In this document: positions 40,871 through 50,311 of the stretch, in pieces | Position numbering within the stretch: position 1 is the stretch's first letter | Layout: each line of letters begins with the position of its first letter | Source: Candidatus Levyibacteriota bacterium | Lineage (GTDB): Bacteria; Patescibacteriota; Microgenomatia; Levybacterales; UBA12049 | NCBI GenBank assembly: GCA_963790825.1 | Contig: CAWBPM010000002.1 | Location: forward strand, 487,159 to 551,158 | Length of the DNA: 64,000 nt | Reading direction: 5' to 3' | The notes under the pieces: generated by a model | Told to the model about the DNA's origin: nothing | Seen by the model: only the letters and a program-made list of their open reading frames with translations | Database searches by the model: none | Program-made: the position numbers and the translations under genes

Positions 40871-42136
40871 ATGAATATACAAACACTTAAAGGATTCAGA
40901 GACTTTCTGCCTACTGAGGCGAGGAAACGGCAGTATATGATTGATAAGATCAGAACTGTCTTTACTTCGTTTGGTTTTGAACCATTAGAGACACCGGCTC
41001 TCGAATACGAAGAACTCCTGATGGGAAAATATGGTGACGAGGGAGATAAGCTGATGTACCGTTTTGAAGATAACGGAAAACGCCGCGTGGCTATGCGCTA
41101 TGATCAGACTGTTCCTCTCGCTCGTGTAGTAGCAGAATATGGTTCGGCAAGCTCGCCACAAGGCCAACCTCTTTTACCGATGCCGTTTAAACGCTACCAG
41201 ATTCAGCCGGTCTGGCGCGCAGATAAACCGCAAAAAGGGCGTTTCAGAGAATTTTTGCAATGCGATTGTGATACGGTGGGCGTCGACACTCCCCTTTCCG
41301 ATGCGGAACTCCTAGTAGTTGCCGGTAAAACAATTGAAAGTCTCAGTTTTTCAAATTTCAAAATTCTTATTAATGACCGGAATATTTTCCGTGGACTTAT
41401 TCAAGATCCGAAACAAGGATTAAAAGAAGAAGAATTGCCTGCCGTAATCCGGGCAATTGATAAGCTGAAAAAAAATGGTGAAGAAAAAGTTCTGGAAGAG
41501 ATGGTAGAAAATGGCTTAGCGAAAGACAAAGCAGCATATATTTTACAAACCCTGCAAAATCAGGAACCGACTATGCGCCTAAAAATTATTTTTCACTTCA
41601 TAAAAAAGATGGGGTTAAAACCGGAACAATTCGTATTCCTTCCGACTTTAGCCCGGGGACTCGACTATTACACCGGTCTTATTTTTGAAATAGAAATTGA
41701 CGGATACAGCGCAGGCTCAGTAGGTGGAGGCGGAAGATATAATAATTTGATTGGGGTTTTTGCAGGAAAACCGATACCAGCTGTCGGGTTCGCATTAGGT
41801 TTCGATCGACTACTTGATGCTATGGAGGAACAGAATCTTTTTCCTGAAAATTTACAAACAACCAAAGTTCTGCTGACTATTTTTAATATGAATTTTGAAG
41901 ACAAAGCAGTTGAAGTATTTTCCTATCTTCAATCAAATGGGATCAACTGTGAACTCTATTCTGACAGCAATGCGAAAATGGAAAAGCAATTAAAATATGC
42001 AGATCAAAAACAAATTCCCTATGTTTTACTCCTTGGCTCTGATGAAGTGGAAAAAAATATTGTGACAATTAAAAATATGAGGACAAGAGAGCAAAAACAA
42101 CTGGCTGTTAAGGATCTACTTAAATATTTATCATAA
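40871..42136 (+). CDS. hisS: Histidyl-tRNA synthetase
   Basis: Class II motifs (GFRDFLP, motif 2 YQIQPVWRADKPQKGRFREFLQCD, motif 3 GGGRYNNL) and C-terminal anticodon-binding domain. Confidence 0.95.
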   Translation: MNIQTLKGFRDFLPTEARKRQYMIDKIRTVFTSFGFEPLETPALEYEELLMGKYGDEGDKLMYRFEDNGKRRVAMRYDQTVPLARVVAEYGSASSPQGQPLLPMPFKRYQIQPVWRADKPQKGRFREFLQCDCDTVGVDTPLSDAELLVVAGKTIESLSFSNFKILINDRNIFRGLIQDPKQGLKEEELPAVIRAIDKLKKNGEEKVLEEMVENGLAKDKAAYILQTLQNQEPTMRLKIIFHFIKKMGLKPEQFVFLPTLARGLDYYTGLIFEIEIDGYSAGSVGGGGRYNNLIGVFAGKPIPAVGFALGFDRLLDAMEEQNLFPENLQTTKVLLTIFNMNFEDKAVEVFSYLQSNGINCELYSDSNAKMEKQLKYADQKQIPYVLLLGSDEVEKNIVTIKNMRTREQKQLAVKDLLKYLS

Positions 42137-42148
42137 CTTCACACGAGC

Positions 42149-42176
42149 TTGACAACCCATGATTATAGGATATAAT
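42149..42176 (+). promoter_or_regulatory. Sigma70-like promoter TTGACA-N16-TATAAT
   Basis: Seen in sequence, upstream of the 42187 gene. Confidence 0.45.
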
Positions 42177-42186
42177 ACAGATTAGT

Positions 42187-42657
42187 ATGTCTGATAAACA
42201 TGAATCCAATTCTGGTTCTGTCTCGTGGCGTACGCCTCAAAGAGACGAGGCTGGAAATTACATATTCAGCGAACCAGACGACCCCACTACCGCTGAACGT
42301 CCTCATCGCAAAGAAAGTCCTTATACTCAATCTTTTTACGATCAGGCTAAATATGACGGTAACCAGTTTGTAGAAAGGTTATTAGATACCAGAAATGGCA
42401 CTGGATTAACATCAACTCAAGTAAATGGAGTTTTGCAACAAATTGATTTATATTTCGGTGGTTATCGGGGTTTTTCCCCAGATGAACCAGGTGTAAAGAC
42501 TTATCGAGAAAATTTTCAAGCAATGGAAGCAGCTCGGGATTGGATCTACGAGGTGATAGCAGGAGCAGGCGATGCCTTAGTACAAAAAACCGGAAAAGTT
42601 ACTCTTCTTCGTAAGGCTACTACACCACGATATAAATATAATCCGCCAAAAAAGTAA
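42187..42657 (+). CDS. Hypothetical protein (156 aa)
   Basis: ORF only. Confidence 0.5.
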   Translation: MSDKHESNSGSVSWRTPQRDEAGNYIFSEPDDPTTAERPHRKESPYTQSFYDQAKYDGNQFVERLLDTRNGTGLTSTQVNGVLQQIDLYFGGYRGFSPDEPGVKTYRENFQAMEAARDWIYEVIAGAGDALVQKTGKVTLLRKATTPRYKYNPPKK

Positions 42658-42732
42658 GCTACCTGCAATTTTTGAAGAAAATAATAGTTACTCTTGCCTA
42701 TATTTCCTATTTAAGCTATAATAAACATACTT

Positions 42733-43032
42733 ATGAAAGCAAATATTCACCCAAAATATTATGAAGATGCGCAGGTAATTTGTGTTTGCGGCAACCGGTT
42801 TACAACTGGTTCTACAAAGGACATTATTCATATTGAGCTTTGTAATAAATGTCATCCGTTTTATACCGGACAGAATAAGTTCGTCGATACTGCTTCTCTG
42901 ATCCAGAAATTCCAAGATAAACAAAAAGTGGCAGCGACTCACATGGCAACTGCAAAGAAAAAGAAAGATGAAAAGAAAAAAGCCCAAGAAGGCCCCAAAA
43001 CACTTCGTGAGATGCTCATGGGAGCTGAGTAG
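42733..43032 (+). CDS. rpmE: 50S ribosomal protein L31 (zinc-binding type, extended basic C-terminus)
   Basis: [11 protein letters not shown]...CVCGN...[10 protein letters not shown]. Confidence 0.88.
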   Translation: MKANIHPKYYEDAQVICVCGNRFTTGSTKDIIHIELCNKCHPFYTGQNKFVDTASLIQKFQDKQKVAATHMATAKKKKDEKKKAQEGPKTLREMLMGAE

Positions 43033-43039
43033 CTACTTC

Positions 43040-43125
43040 CAAATTGATCTAATTTCTAATTAACCTAGTTACTAAAATACCCAGTGAGTAATTTTAGAGC
43101 AATTAGTATAATTAGAGCAATTAGA
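43040..43125. repeat. CTAATT / AATTAG short periodic repeat array (same family as 4183-4275 and 50810-50905)
   Basis: ATTGATCTAATTTCTAATTAACC...GAGCAATTAGTATAATTAGAGCAATTAG. Confidence 0.5.
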
Positions 43126-43130
43126 AATTT

Positions 43131-44006
43131 ATGACAGATTATCGTCTTACGCAAATTCAGGAGTTGGAGAAAAAAATTGAAGAGACCCGGTCTCTTCTTT
43201 CCGATCCTGCTATGGCTGAAATGGCACAAATAGAAATCCAAAATCTTGAGGCGCAGAAGAAAGAATTGGAAGAGAGTATGCTGCCCCAAGAGAGCACAGA
43301 AGAAGATACTCTCGATAGCCGGAATGTTATTCTGGAAGTAAAAGGAGCAGCCGGCGGTGATGAAGCAAAACTGTGGGCAGACGAGCTACTTAGGATGTAT
43401 ACACGCTTTGCAGAGCTCAAGGGGTTTAAGGTTGAAAGTTTGGATGAAACAATTATTAAGATAACGGGTAGAAATTGTTTCGCTGTTTTTAAATATGAGG
43501 CAGGGGTTCACCGGGTACAACGTATTCCGAAAACCGAAAAAAAAGGACGCATTCATACCTCTACTGCTACTGTATCCATCCTGCCGGAACTTGAAGATAT
43601 TGATTTGCATATTAATCCTGAAGATATTACGTTTGAAGCGTTCCGCTCAGGCGGACATGGCGGTCAAAATGTGAATAAGGTTTCAACAGCGGTCCGCATC
43701 GTCCATAACCCATCAGGTATTGTCGTTACGTCACAGTCCGAACGCTCACAGTCGCAAAACCGCGAAATCGCGATGAAACTTCTCAGGTCTCGGCTATGGG
43801 AAAGGGAAATTGAAAAACAAAACGCGGAGGTAGCATCTCTCAGGTCTACCCAGGTAGGACGCGGCATGCGGGCTGAAAAAATTAAAACATATAATTTCCC
43901 TCAGGATAGGTTAACCGATCACCGTCTCGGTAAATCGTGGGGTAACCTGGCTTCGATTATGGACGGAAACATGCCGGAGAGCAGCGAATCTATTGAAAAA
44001 TCCTGA
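43131..44006 (+). CDS. prfA: Peptide chain release factor 1 (short form)
   Basis: GGQ motif RSGGHGGQNVNKV and PxT-type tripeptide (IPKTEK). At 291 aa it is shorter than canonical RF1. Confidence 0.88.
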   Translation: MTDYRLTQIQELEKKIEETRSLLSDPAMAEMAQIEIQNLEAQKKELEESMLPQESTEEDTLDSRNVILEVKGAAGGDEAKLWADELLRMYTRFAELKGFKVESLDETIIKITGRNCFAVFKYEAGVHRVQRIPKTEKKGRIHTSTATVSILPELEDIDLHINPEDITFEAFRSGGHGGQNVNKVSTAVRIVHNPSGIVVTSQSERSQSQNREIAMKLLRSRLWEREIEKQNAEVASLRSTQVGRGMRAEKIKTYNFPQDRLTDHRLGKSWGNLASIMDGNMPESSESIEKS

Positions 44007-44055
44007 ATACTAAACGCTAAGTTCTAGGCAATATTAAAATACAAATGATCAAATT

Positions 44056-44070
44056 TCAAAACTGTTTTGA
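44056..44070. promoter_or_regulatory. Perfect palindrome TCAAAAC-T-GTTTTGA
   Basis: Seen in sequence, 120 nt upstream of the Cho-like nuclease gene. TATAAT lies at 44074-44079. Confidence 0.35.
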
Positions 44071-44143
44071 ATTTATAATTTTGTAATTGTAATTTATTTA
44101 ATCCGTCAGCTGGAGGATTAGATATTAGGAATCAGGATCTTAC

Positions 44144-44157
44144 CTGTTTGCAAACAG
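44144..44157. promoter_or_regulatory. Perfect palindrome CTGTTTG/CAAACAG (CTGT-N6-ACAG, SOS-box-like) 31 nt upstream of the Cho-like nuclease start
   Basis: Seen in sequence. Confidence 0.4.
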
Positions 44158-44188
44158 TCTCGTATTCTGCTACTATTTTTTCTACTTT

Positions 44189-45661
44189 ATGCTGCCTAAA
44201 AAACTAGCTTTCGTCGACATAGAAACTACCGGCATGCGATCTAGTTTTGACCGGATTATAGAAATCGGAATTCTACGGGTAGAAGACAATCAAATTATAC
44301 AAACCTACCATTCTCTTCTCAATCCCGAGGATCATCTTCCGCCGGAAATTGAAAGACTGACCGGTATCACATCAATCGAGCTTGAACACGCACCGACATT
44401 TCGCAATGTTTTGATGGATGTTGAGGAAATTTTAAAAGACTGCTTATTTGTCGCACATAATGTCCGCTTCGATTACGGATTTTTAAAAAGCGAATTTAGG
44501 CGGGAAAATATTAATTTTTCCTCTAAACATTTTTGTACGGTAAAATTATCGCAACTCCTTTTTCCTCATTTTCGTCATCATAATTTAGATGCAATTATCG
44601 AGCGGTTCCATATCACTTGCGGGACGCGGCATCGGGCATTAGAGGATGCTACGGTGTTATTCGAATTCTATAAACTTCTCAGGGAGCAATTTAGTGAAGA
44701 TGTGTTAGTGAAAGCGCTTGCTACTATTCAGAAACAACCTTCGCTACCGATTAAATTAAAGAGAGAGGACCTGGATAATCTTCCCGAGTCACCGGGCGTA
44801 TACATTTTCTATGCCTCCGAATCTCAGGAAAACGCAGTAGCAGATAAAAGTAATGATAAAAAACAAAGCAAAGGAAAACAGAAACCCTTGATTCCTCTCT
44901 ATGTCGGAAAGAGTAAAAATATTAGAGAACGTGTGCTTTCGCATTTTTCCTCTGATATTCGTTCGGGAATTGAGATGAAAATCTCTCAACAAATCGAAAG
45001 TATTGAAACTATTACGACCGCAGGCGAACTCGGAGCACTGTTTATGGAATCACGGTTGGTAAAAGAATTGCTTCCTCTTTATAACCGGAAGCTTCGATTA
45101 AAAAGAGAGCTGATTGCACTGCGAAGAAAAATAAATTTGAACGGATATGAAACCGTTTCTTTAGAACAAGTAAGCAAGATTAACTCTGAGGATTTAGCCA
45201 ATTTTGTTGGTTTTTTCCGATCAAAAAAACAAGCCAAAGAGTTTCTCTCTGGAGTTGCAAAAGAATATATGCTTTGCGAGAAATTATTGGGACTTGATAA
45301 GACAAAAAATGAATGCTTTCTAAGCCGGCTGAATATTTGTAAAGGCGCTTGCACCGGACAGGAAGAAGCGTATAAATACAACGTTCGTTTTGTTAGCGCA
45401 TTTGCAAACACAAAGATAAAGCCGTGGCCTTTTAAAGGCCCTATTATTATTGAAGAAAAAAATTCTTTCACCGGAGAGACTGAGTATTTTCTTATTGATA
45501 ACTGGTGCTACCTGGGAAGTTTGCGCCGAAAAAATAACGACAGCAATCAAAATCTTTCGTTGAAAGACTTGAAGTTTGACTTAGACATTTACAAAATCAT
45601 TCTTCAATACCTGAGAAAAACAAGCAATTATAAATTCATACAAGAAATCAAGCGTGAATAA
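44189..45661 (+). CDS. DnaQ-like 3'-5' exonuclease (DEDDh) fused to GIY-YIG nuclease domain (Cho/UvrC-N-like)
   Basis: N-terminus FVDIETTG...VAHNVRFDYGFL...HRALEDA (Exo I-III). Middle GVYIFYASE...LYVGKSKNIRERVLSHF (GIY-YIG). Confidence 0.85.
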   Translation: MLPKKLAFVDIETTGMRSSFDRIIEIGILRVEDNQIIQTYHSLLNPEDHLPPEIERLTGITSIELEHAPTFRNVLMDVEEILKDCLFVAHNVRFDYGFLKSEFRRENINFSSKHFCTVKLSQLLFPHFRHHNLDAIIERFHITCGTRHRALEDATVLFEFYKLLREQFSEDVLVKALATIQKQPSLPIKLKREDLDNLPESPGVYIFYASESQENAVADKSNDKKQSKGKQKPLIPLYVGKSKNIRERVLSHFSSDIRSGIEMKISQQIESIETITTAGELGALFMESRLVKELLPLYNRKLRLKRELIALRRKINLNGYETVSLEQVSKINSEDLANFVGFFRSKKQAKEFLSGVAKEYMLCEKLLGLDKTKNECFLSRLNICKGACTGQEEAYKYNVRFVSAFANTKIKPWPFKGPIIIEEKNSFTGETEYFLIDNWCYLGSLRRKNNDSNQNLSLKDLKFDLDIYKIILQYLRKTSNYKFIQEIKRE

Positions 45662-45694
45662 TTACCATCTCTTATGAATACGTACAGCTAACTT

Positions 45695-45844
45695 TTATTG
45701 CAGCATATAACTCACCACAATAATGATGATAACTGCGCTGAGAACGATAAGTAATGTATGATCATTATCAAAAAAAGAATAGTGTTTAGGTGCTCTTGCT
45801 GCCTTTCTCCGTGTTACGAGTTTTTTTGTGGTTTTTTTCGGCAT
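45695..45844 (-). CDS. Small tail-anchored membrane protein (49 aa: MPKKTTKKLVTRRKAARAPKHYSFFDNDHTLLIVLSAVIIIIVVSYMLQ), not in the ORF track
   Basis: SD AGAGAGGTGAA 8 nt upstream. Basic N-terminus plus a single C-terminal TM. Confidence 0.4.
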   Translation of the reverse strand: MPKKTTKKLVTRRKAARAPKHYSFFDNDHTLLIVLSAVIIIIVVSYMLQ

Positions 45845-45944
45845 AAATATAATTCACCTCTCTTTCTCAAGTAATTTCTTACTACACTTCCATCATACAA
45901 GAAATACATTGGGGTTTGTCAAGAAGGTAAATAATAAGGAGAGA

Positions 45945-46673
45945 TCAATAGCTTACGTAGTAATTAATTTTCGCATTTTTCTGCAAATCCGCAATCCAAC
46001 TTTGAACTTTTGGAGTAAGTTTTTGTTGGTAGAGCTGTTGCTCTACATTTGCTTTGGTCATTCCCGGCATTCCTTTATTTTTATTCATATAATCTGTTAC
46101 TTCTTTAGCGGATACCGTAATATTCTTGCCCACCATTTTCTCAACCAGTTTTTGCAGACGTACCTGATCCTCAAGCGTTTGTCTGGTCATCCCCTGAGAC
46201 TTTAAAACATCATCTAATTTTTGGCCTTGACCCGTAACATTACTTTCAATTGTTTTCATTTCGCTGTCAATCTCGGCTTGACTCACCGTCACGTGCTCTT
46301 TTTGGGCTTCCTGCTCAATTAACGTCTTGGTAACTAATGTATTTAAGGCCTGCTTACCACCCTGCTGCTCAAGAGAATTGATAACTGTTAAACGACTGAT
46401 CGGCTCCCCATTTACTGTCGCGGCGATGAACAAACCCCGAAAAACATACAGCAAGATAGCCAAAACGATAATGATAACACCTAGAATAATATATGATTTT
46501 TTTAATTTAAGAGTAGGGCTCATTTTTTGATAGGCTGCATTAGATGTTACTTTCTTTTCGGGGATAGCTGAAACTTCGGATTTTGCAATTATTTTCGGCT
46601 GTGATGTGGTTTTGCTTGTCTTTGTTATCTTTCTCGCCATAACAGTATTATAACATAAATTATTAAATTGCAA
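45945..46673 (-). CDS. SurA N-terminal-domain-like periplasmic chaperone, membrane anchored
   Basis: TM helix, then AATVNGEPISRLTVINSLEQQGGKQALNTLVTKTLIEQEA (SurA_N-like). Likely start is Met12 at 46640. Confidence 0.6.
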   Translation of the reverse strand: MQFNNLCYNTVMARKITKTSKTTSQPKIIAKSEVSAIPEKKVTSNAAYQKMSPTLKLKKSYIILGVIIIVLAILLYVFRGLFIAATVNGEPISRLTVINSLEQQGGKQALNTLVTKTLIEQEAQKEHVTVSQAEIDSEMKTIESNVTGQGQKLDDVLKSQGMTRQTLEDQVRLQKLVEKMVGKNITVSAKEVTDYMNKNKGMPGMTKANVEQQLYQQKLTPKVQSWIADLQKNAKINYYVSY

Positions 46674-46694
46674 TATAGTATTTTAATGACTGTA

Positions 46695-47906
46695 CTATTG
46701 TGCCGGTGCAGCCTCAAGAGTAATTATTACGTTCTGTGTTTTTCCGTCCCGCCAATAATTAACTTTTACACTGTCCCCTACTTTTTTCTTCGAGATAATA
46801 GTTGAAAGCTGTCCCTGATTATTTCCCGATAATCGCTGCCCGTCAATTTTCAGAATAATATCTCCGCTTTGCAGTCCTGCTTTATCCGCGGGCGAGGAGG
46901 AGATAACATCTGAAATATATGCTCCCTCTGGAACATCATTCAAGATTGCCAGGTCCTGGCTTATTACTTTATAGGCAATTCCTAAGTATGGCCGGTTAAA
47001 TTGACCTGTTTGATTGAAATTACTTAGCGAATCTTTAATGACACTGATCGGAAGGGCAAAACCGATATTCTGTCCGCTTTGAGAAACTGCAGTATTAACA
47101 CCAACTACCTGCCCTGAAGAATTTAAGAGGGGACCACCGGAATTTCCCGGATTAATTGCCGCGTCTGTCTGGATAACGTTATTAAGTTGTTCGACAAATC
47201 CTTCAAAGTCCGACCCTGCCGTTATTCCCCGTCCTAACCCTGAAATAACACCAGTTGTGACAGTGTTGCGAAATTCTCCCAGTGCAGTACCGATTGCCAC
47301 GACAAACTGACCCACTTGCAGATGCGATGAATCTCCGAGCACAACCGGCTTTAGTGTTTCTTCATTATTTTGTGTTGGATCAATTTTAATCAGTGCTACG
47401 TCATTAAGAGGGTCCCGATAAATTTTTTGCACGTCGTATTTTTTATCGTCACTGGTTATCACCTGATATTTTCCGCTCGTATCGGAAACTACATGTTTAT
47501 TGGTCACGATCATCCCGTCAGTTGAGAGAATAAAACCGGAGCCGATACTTTGCGGTTCGGATGGTTGATTTGGTTGATTATTATCTCCTCCCGAAGGAAA
47601 ATCAAAAAATGAAAACGGTCCTTGGTCCTGGAAAGAAGAGGAATCTGTCGGTGTTTGTTCAGTGATCGTTACAACCGAAGGTCCGACTTTCTTTACAATA
47701 TCAATAGTTACCGATTCCTCAGTCACTATCTTCACCGGTTGTTGCTGCTGGAAATTCAGGGATTTCTGGGAACTTAGATAGTTTTGCAACTGCGGAGAAT
47801 ATTTCTCAGCAAAACTTACTAAACCTAATACAATAATTAAAGCTAAAACTAGAAGAATAAGTTTTCGCATAAAAAATATTCTAGCAACATTGTCAAAAGA
47901 TTTCAA
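46695..47906 (-). CDS. htrA: HtrA/DegP-family serine protease with PDZ domain
   Basis: Catalytic triad context TNKHVV, D...ALIKI, GNSGGPLLN. C-terminal PDZ (GDIILKIDG). Confidence 0.92.
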   Translation of the reverse strand: MKSFDNVARIFFMRKLILLVLALIIVLGLVSFAEKYSPQLQNYLSSQKSLNFQQQQPVKIVTEESVTIDIVKKVGPSVVTITEQTPTDSSSFQDQGPFSFFDFPSGGDNNQPNQPSEPQSIGSGFILSTDGMIVTNKHVVSDTSGKYQVITSDDKKYDVQKIYRDPLNDVALIKIDPTQNNEETLKPVVLGDSSHLQVGQFVVAIGTALGEFRNTVTTGVISGLGRGITAGSDFEGFVEQLNNVIQTDAAINPGNSGGPLLNSSGQVVGVNTAVSQSGQNIGFALPISVIKDSLSNFNQTGQFNRPYLGIAYKVISQDLAILNDVPEGAYISDVISSSPADKAGLQSGDIILKIDGQRLSGNNQGQLSTIISKKKVGDSVKVNYWRDGKTQNVIITLEAAPAQ

Positions 47907-47910
47907 TATT

Positions 47911-49185
47911 TTACTCTACGATAGCTTGCACTGCTTTCTCAAGTTGCGTATCATGGCTTGGATCTTTTGGATCTAACGGAACTGAGATATCGGGAGTAAG
48001 TCCCACTCCGTCTTTACCGTTTCCGACCCAGCTGCCTTTTGGCGTTAACCATTTCGCGGTGGTTACATGAAGTCCGGCACCGCCTCCCATGTCTTCCGCT
48101 TGTTGGACTATTCCTTTCCCAAATGAGTTCTCACCTACAAGCTTCGCTCTGCCATGATCCCGAAGCGCACCGGAAACGATCTCGGATGCCGAGGCTGATC
48201 CTTTGTTAATCAGGACTACCAGTCGCACATTTGTCAGGAGTCCTTTCCTGGATACTGAAAGATCGGTTTGGTCTCCCCTTCCATCTTGCTGAATAACGAT
48301 AGTACCGCTGGGAATAAATTCCGATGCGATAAATGCAGCATCATTTAAGTATCCTCCCGGATTATTTCTAAGATCAAGAATGACTCCTTTAATACTGCTA
48401 TCTTTTTGCATGCTCAAAGCGATTTTATTCGCGGCATCCAGCCATTCCTGATTTGTGTTATCTCCAAATTGAGATAGTCTTACATATGCAACTTTCGCAT
48501 TGGCAAAACCTTTCAATTTATTCGTATCTATTCCGTCAATGTCTTTTACATTTTTAATCCACATCGCTACACTTTTCACATTGATAGTATCCCGAGTAAT
48601 CGTAATATCGGTCGGCTGCGTTTCTGATTTATGCATGACTGTCAAGGTTACCTTCGTCCCTTTTGGTCCGCGGATTTTGTTCACCGCATCGTTTAGACTA
48701 AGACCCGAATCTGTCTGACCATCTATCTTAAGGAGTATATCACCAGCTTTTAGGCCTGCTTTTTCGGCCGGACTTCCATCAAGCGGTGCGACAACCACAA
48801 TGTCCTTACCCTTCATCCCAAGCTCCGCGCCAATCCCTTCGAATTGACCCGCCAATTGCTGTTTAAAACTGGCGTTATTTTGCGGAGGAAGGTACAAAGT
48901 ATACGGATCGTTAAGCGTACTGACCATACCTTCGATCGCACCATTTACCATTTCCTGAGGGTTAATTTTTGACCGGTCATAGTAAAGCGAATTGATTTTA
49001 TCGAGGACGCTCCAAAACTGTGTCATGTCAACATTTGTTACGGAAGGAGGCGGTTCTTTACTGATAACATTCACTTGCGGATAGTAAACTTGCCAATCCC
49101 AGCTGATTTTCATCACGCCGATATAGTAACCGACGAGTCCGGCGATTATAACAAAGAGGAAAAATCGTAATGTTCGAGCTTTCAT
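47911..49185 (-). CDS. ctpA: Carboxy-terminal processing peptidase (S41)
   Basis: PDZ (GDILLKIDG), VILDLRNNPGGYL, GSASASEIVSGAL, and catalytic Ser/Lys context. Confidence 0.92.
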   Translation of the reverse strand: MKARTLRFFLFVIIAGLVGYYIGVMKISWDWQVYYPQVNVISKEPPPSVTNVDMTQFWSVLDKINSLYYDRSKINPQEMVNGAIEGMVSTLNDPYTLYLPPQNNASFKQQLAGQFEGIGAELGMKGKDIVVVAPLDGSPAEKAGLKAGDILLKIDGQTDSGLSLNDAVNKIRGPKGTKVTLTVMHKSETQPTDITITRDTINVKSVAMWIKNVKDIDGIDTNKLKGFANAKVAYVRLSQFGDNTNQEWLDAANKIALSMQKDSSIKGVILDLRNNPGGYLNDAAFIASEFIPSGTIVIQQDGRGDQTDLSVSRKGLLTNVRLVVLINKGSASASEIVSGALRDHGRAKLVGENSFGKGIVQQAEDMGGGAGLHVTTAKWLTPKGSWVGNGKDGVGLTPDISVPLDPKDPSHDTQLEKAVQAIVE

Positions 49186-49985
49186 GCGTGTAATAAAATA
49201 ATGGATTTACTTGATCCTTCTAAAAATACTTTCTTCTGTGCCCAATTTTCAAGTCGTTTAATATCTTCACTAGTTACCTTGATAACAGGTATAGTTAGTT
49301 TCTTCTCAATTAAATAGGAAAAGTAATCTTCAGTGATGTTGCTGCTTACTATGCCTATTACCCCCATGCCGATACTTTTCATAAGCGCTTCTTTCGTCAT
49401 ATGGGGACTCATTACTACTTTTCCAATCACCTTTGCGTCCAGCGCGAAAAGTAACAGATCATCTTTTTTCGTCTCATCGGGAGTTGAAATAAATATCGCT
49501 TCGCCTTGATTACTCCCTCCTACACCATTCGTTCCGCTAATAACGTCTTTGTCCGTTTCGATGACAATTTGTCCATTATTACATAATATTACTTTGCCAT
49601 CAATAGGAGAAATTATGTCCGTCTGCATCTCATCATCATCACTACCTTCCGTACTGCTCCCATTCGTAAGCCGTATTACCAGATTTCCTAATCCACGGTC
49701 AAATTTCAAAATAATTCCTTCTACTTTACTCTCGAGCCGGTCTTCACTCATTCCGAATAGTCCCCGTTTTATAGCCACTATATCTCCGGGTTTCAGTGAG
49801 TCGCCGGGATTTTTCCGAAGTGTTCTTCCTGCTTTTTTAATGGGAATATGAAATGCTTGAGTAAGGCTGATGACCGCATCTTCCTTACTGTTTTTTTTCG
49901 CGAGTATGTCACCTATCTTGACCGAATCATCTACTTTAACAATGGGAGAATAACCTTCAGGAAAAGTAATCGGCAGTGATGTCAT
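49182..49985 (-). CDS. Hypothetical protein (267 aa), first gene of the ctpA-htrA envelope operon
   Basis: ORF with a 4-nt overlap with ctpA. No domain recognised. Confidence 0.5.
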   Translation of the reverse strand: MTSLPITFPEGYSPIVKVDDSVKIGDILAKKNSKEDAVISLTQAFHIPIKKAGRTLRKNPGDSLKPGDIVAIKRGLFGMSEDRLESKVEGIILKFDRGLGNLVIRLTNGSSTEGSDDDEMQTDIISPIDGKVILCNNGQIVIETDKDVISGTNGVGGSNQGEAIFISTPDETKKDDLLLFALDAKVIGKVVMSPHMTKEALMKSIGMGVIGIVSSNITEDYFSYLIEKKLTIPVIKVTSEDIKRLENWAQKKVFLEGSSKSIILLHA

Positions 49986-50048
49986 AGATTAATTATACAA
50001 TGAGCTGCGGTATATTTGGCAAGGTGATATTTTATATTAAGTCGAGAT

Positions 50049-50294
50049 TTACTCTTGAGTAACAAAGGGTAAAAGTGCCAGATGTCTGGCATATTTTATT
50101 GCGCTGGTTAGATGGCGCTGATGCTGTGCACAAAGTCCTGATCTGACTCTTCCGATAATTTTCCCCCGCTCTGTCGTAAACCTTAGGAGTACTGCAGTAT
50201 CCGTATATACAGGCGTTTTTTGTTCGCTACAAAAATAGCACTTTTTCGGCGCCAGTATTTTTCTTTTCATTATTCTTTTACTTCGTTTTTTCAT
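50049..50294 (-). CDS. rpsR: 30S ribosomal protein S18
   Basis: KKCYFCSEQKTPVYTDTAVLLRFTTERGKI. Confidence 0.92.
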   Translation of the reverse strand: MKKRSKRIMKRKILAPKKCYFCSEQKTPVYTDTAVLLRFTTERGKIIGRVRSGLCAQHQRHLTSAIKYARHLALLPFVTQE

Positions 50295-50311
50295 ACGTTT
50301 TTAGATGGATA

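Noticed and set aside
44144-44157. Canonical LexA SOS box
   Set aside because: CTGT-N6-ACAG does not match the E. coli CTGT-N8-ACAG or the Gram-positive GAAC-N4-GTTC spacing. Kept only as a palindromic operator candidate.
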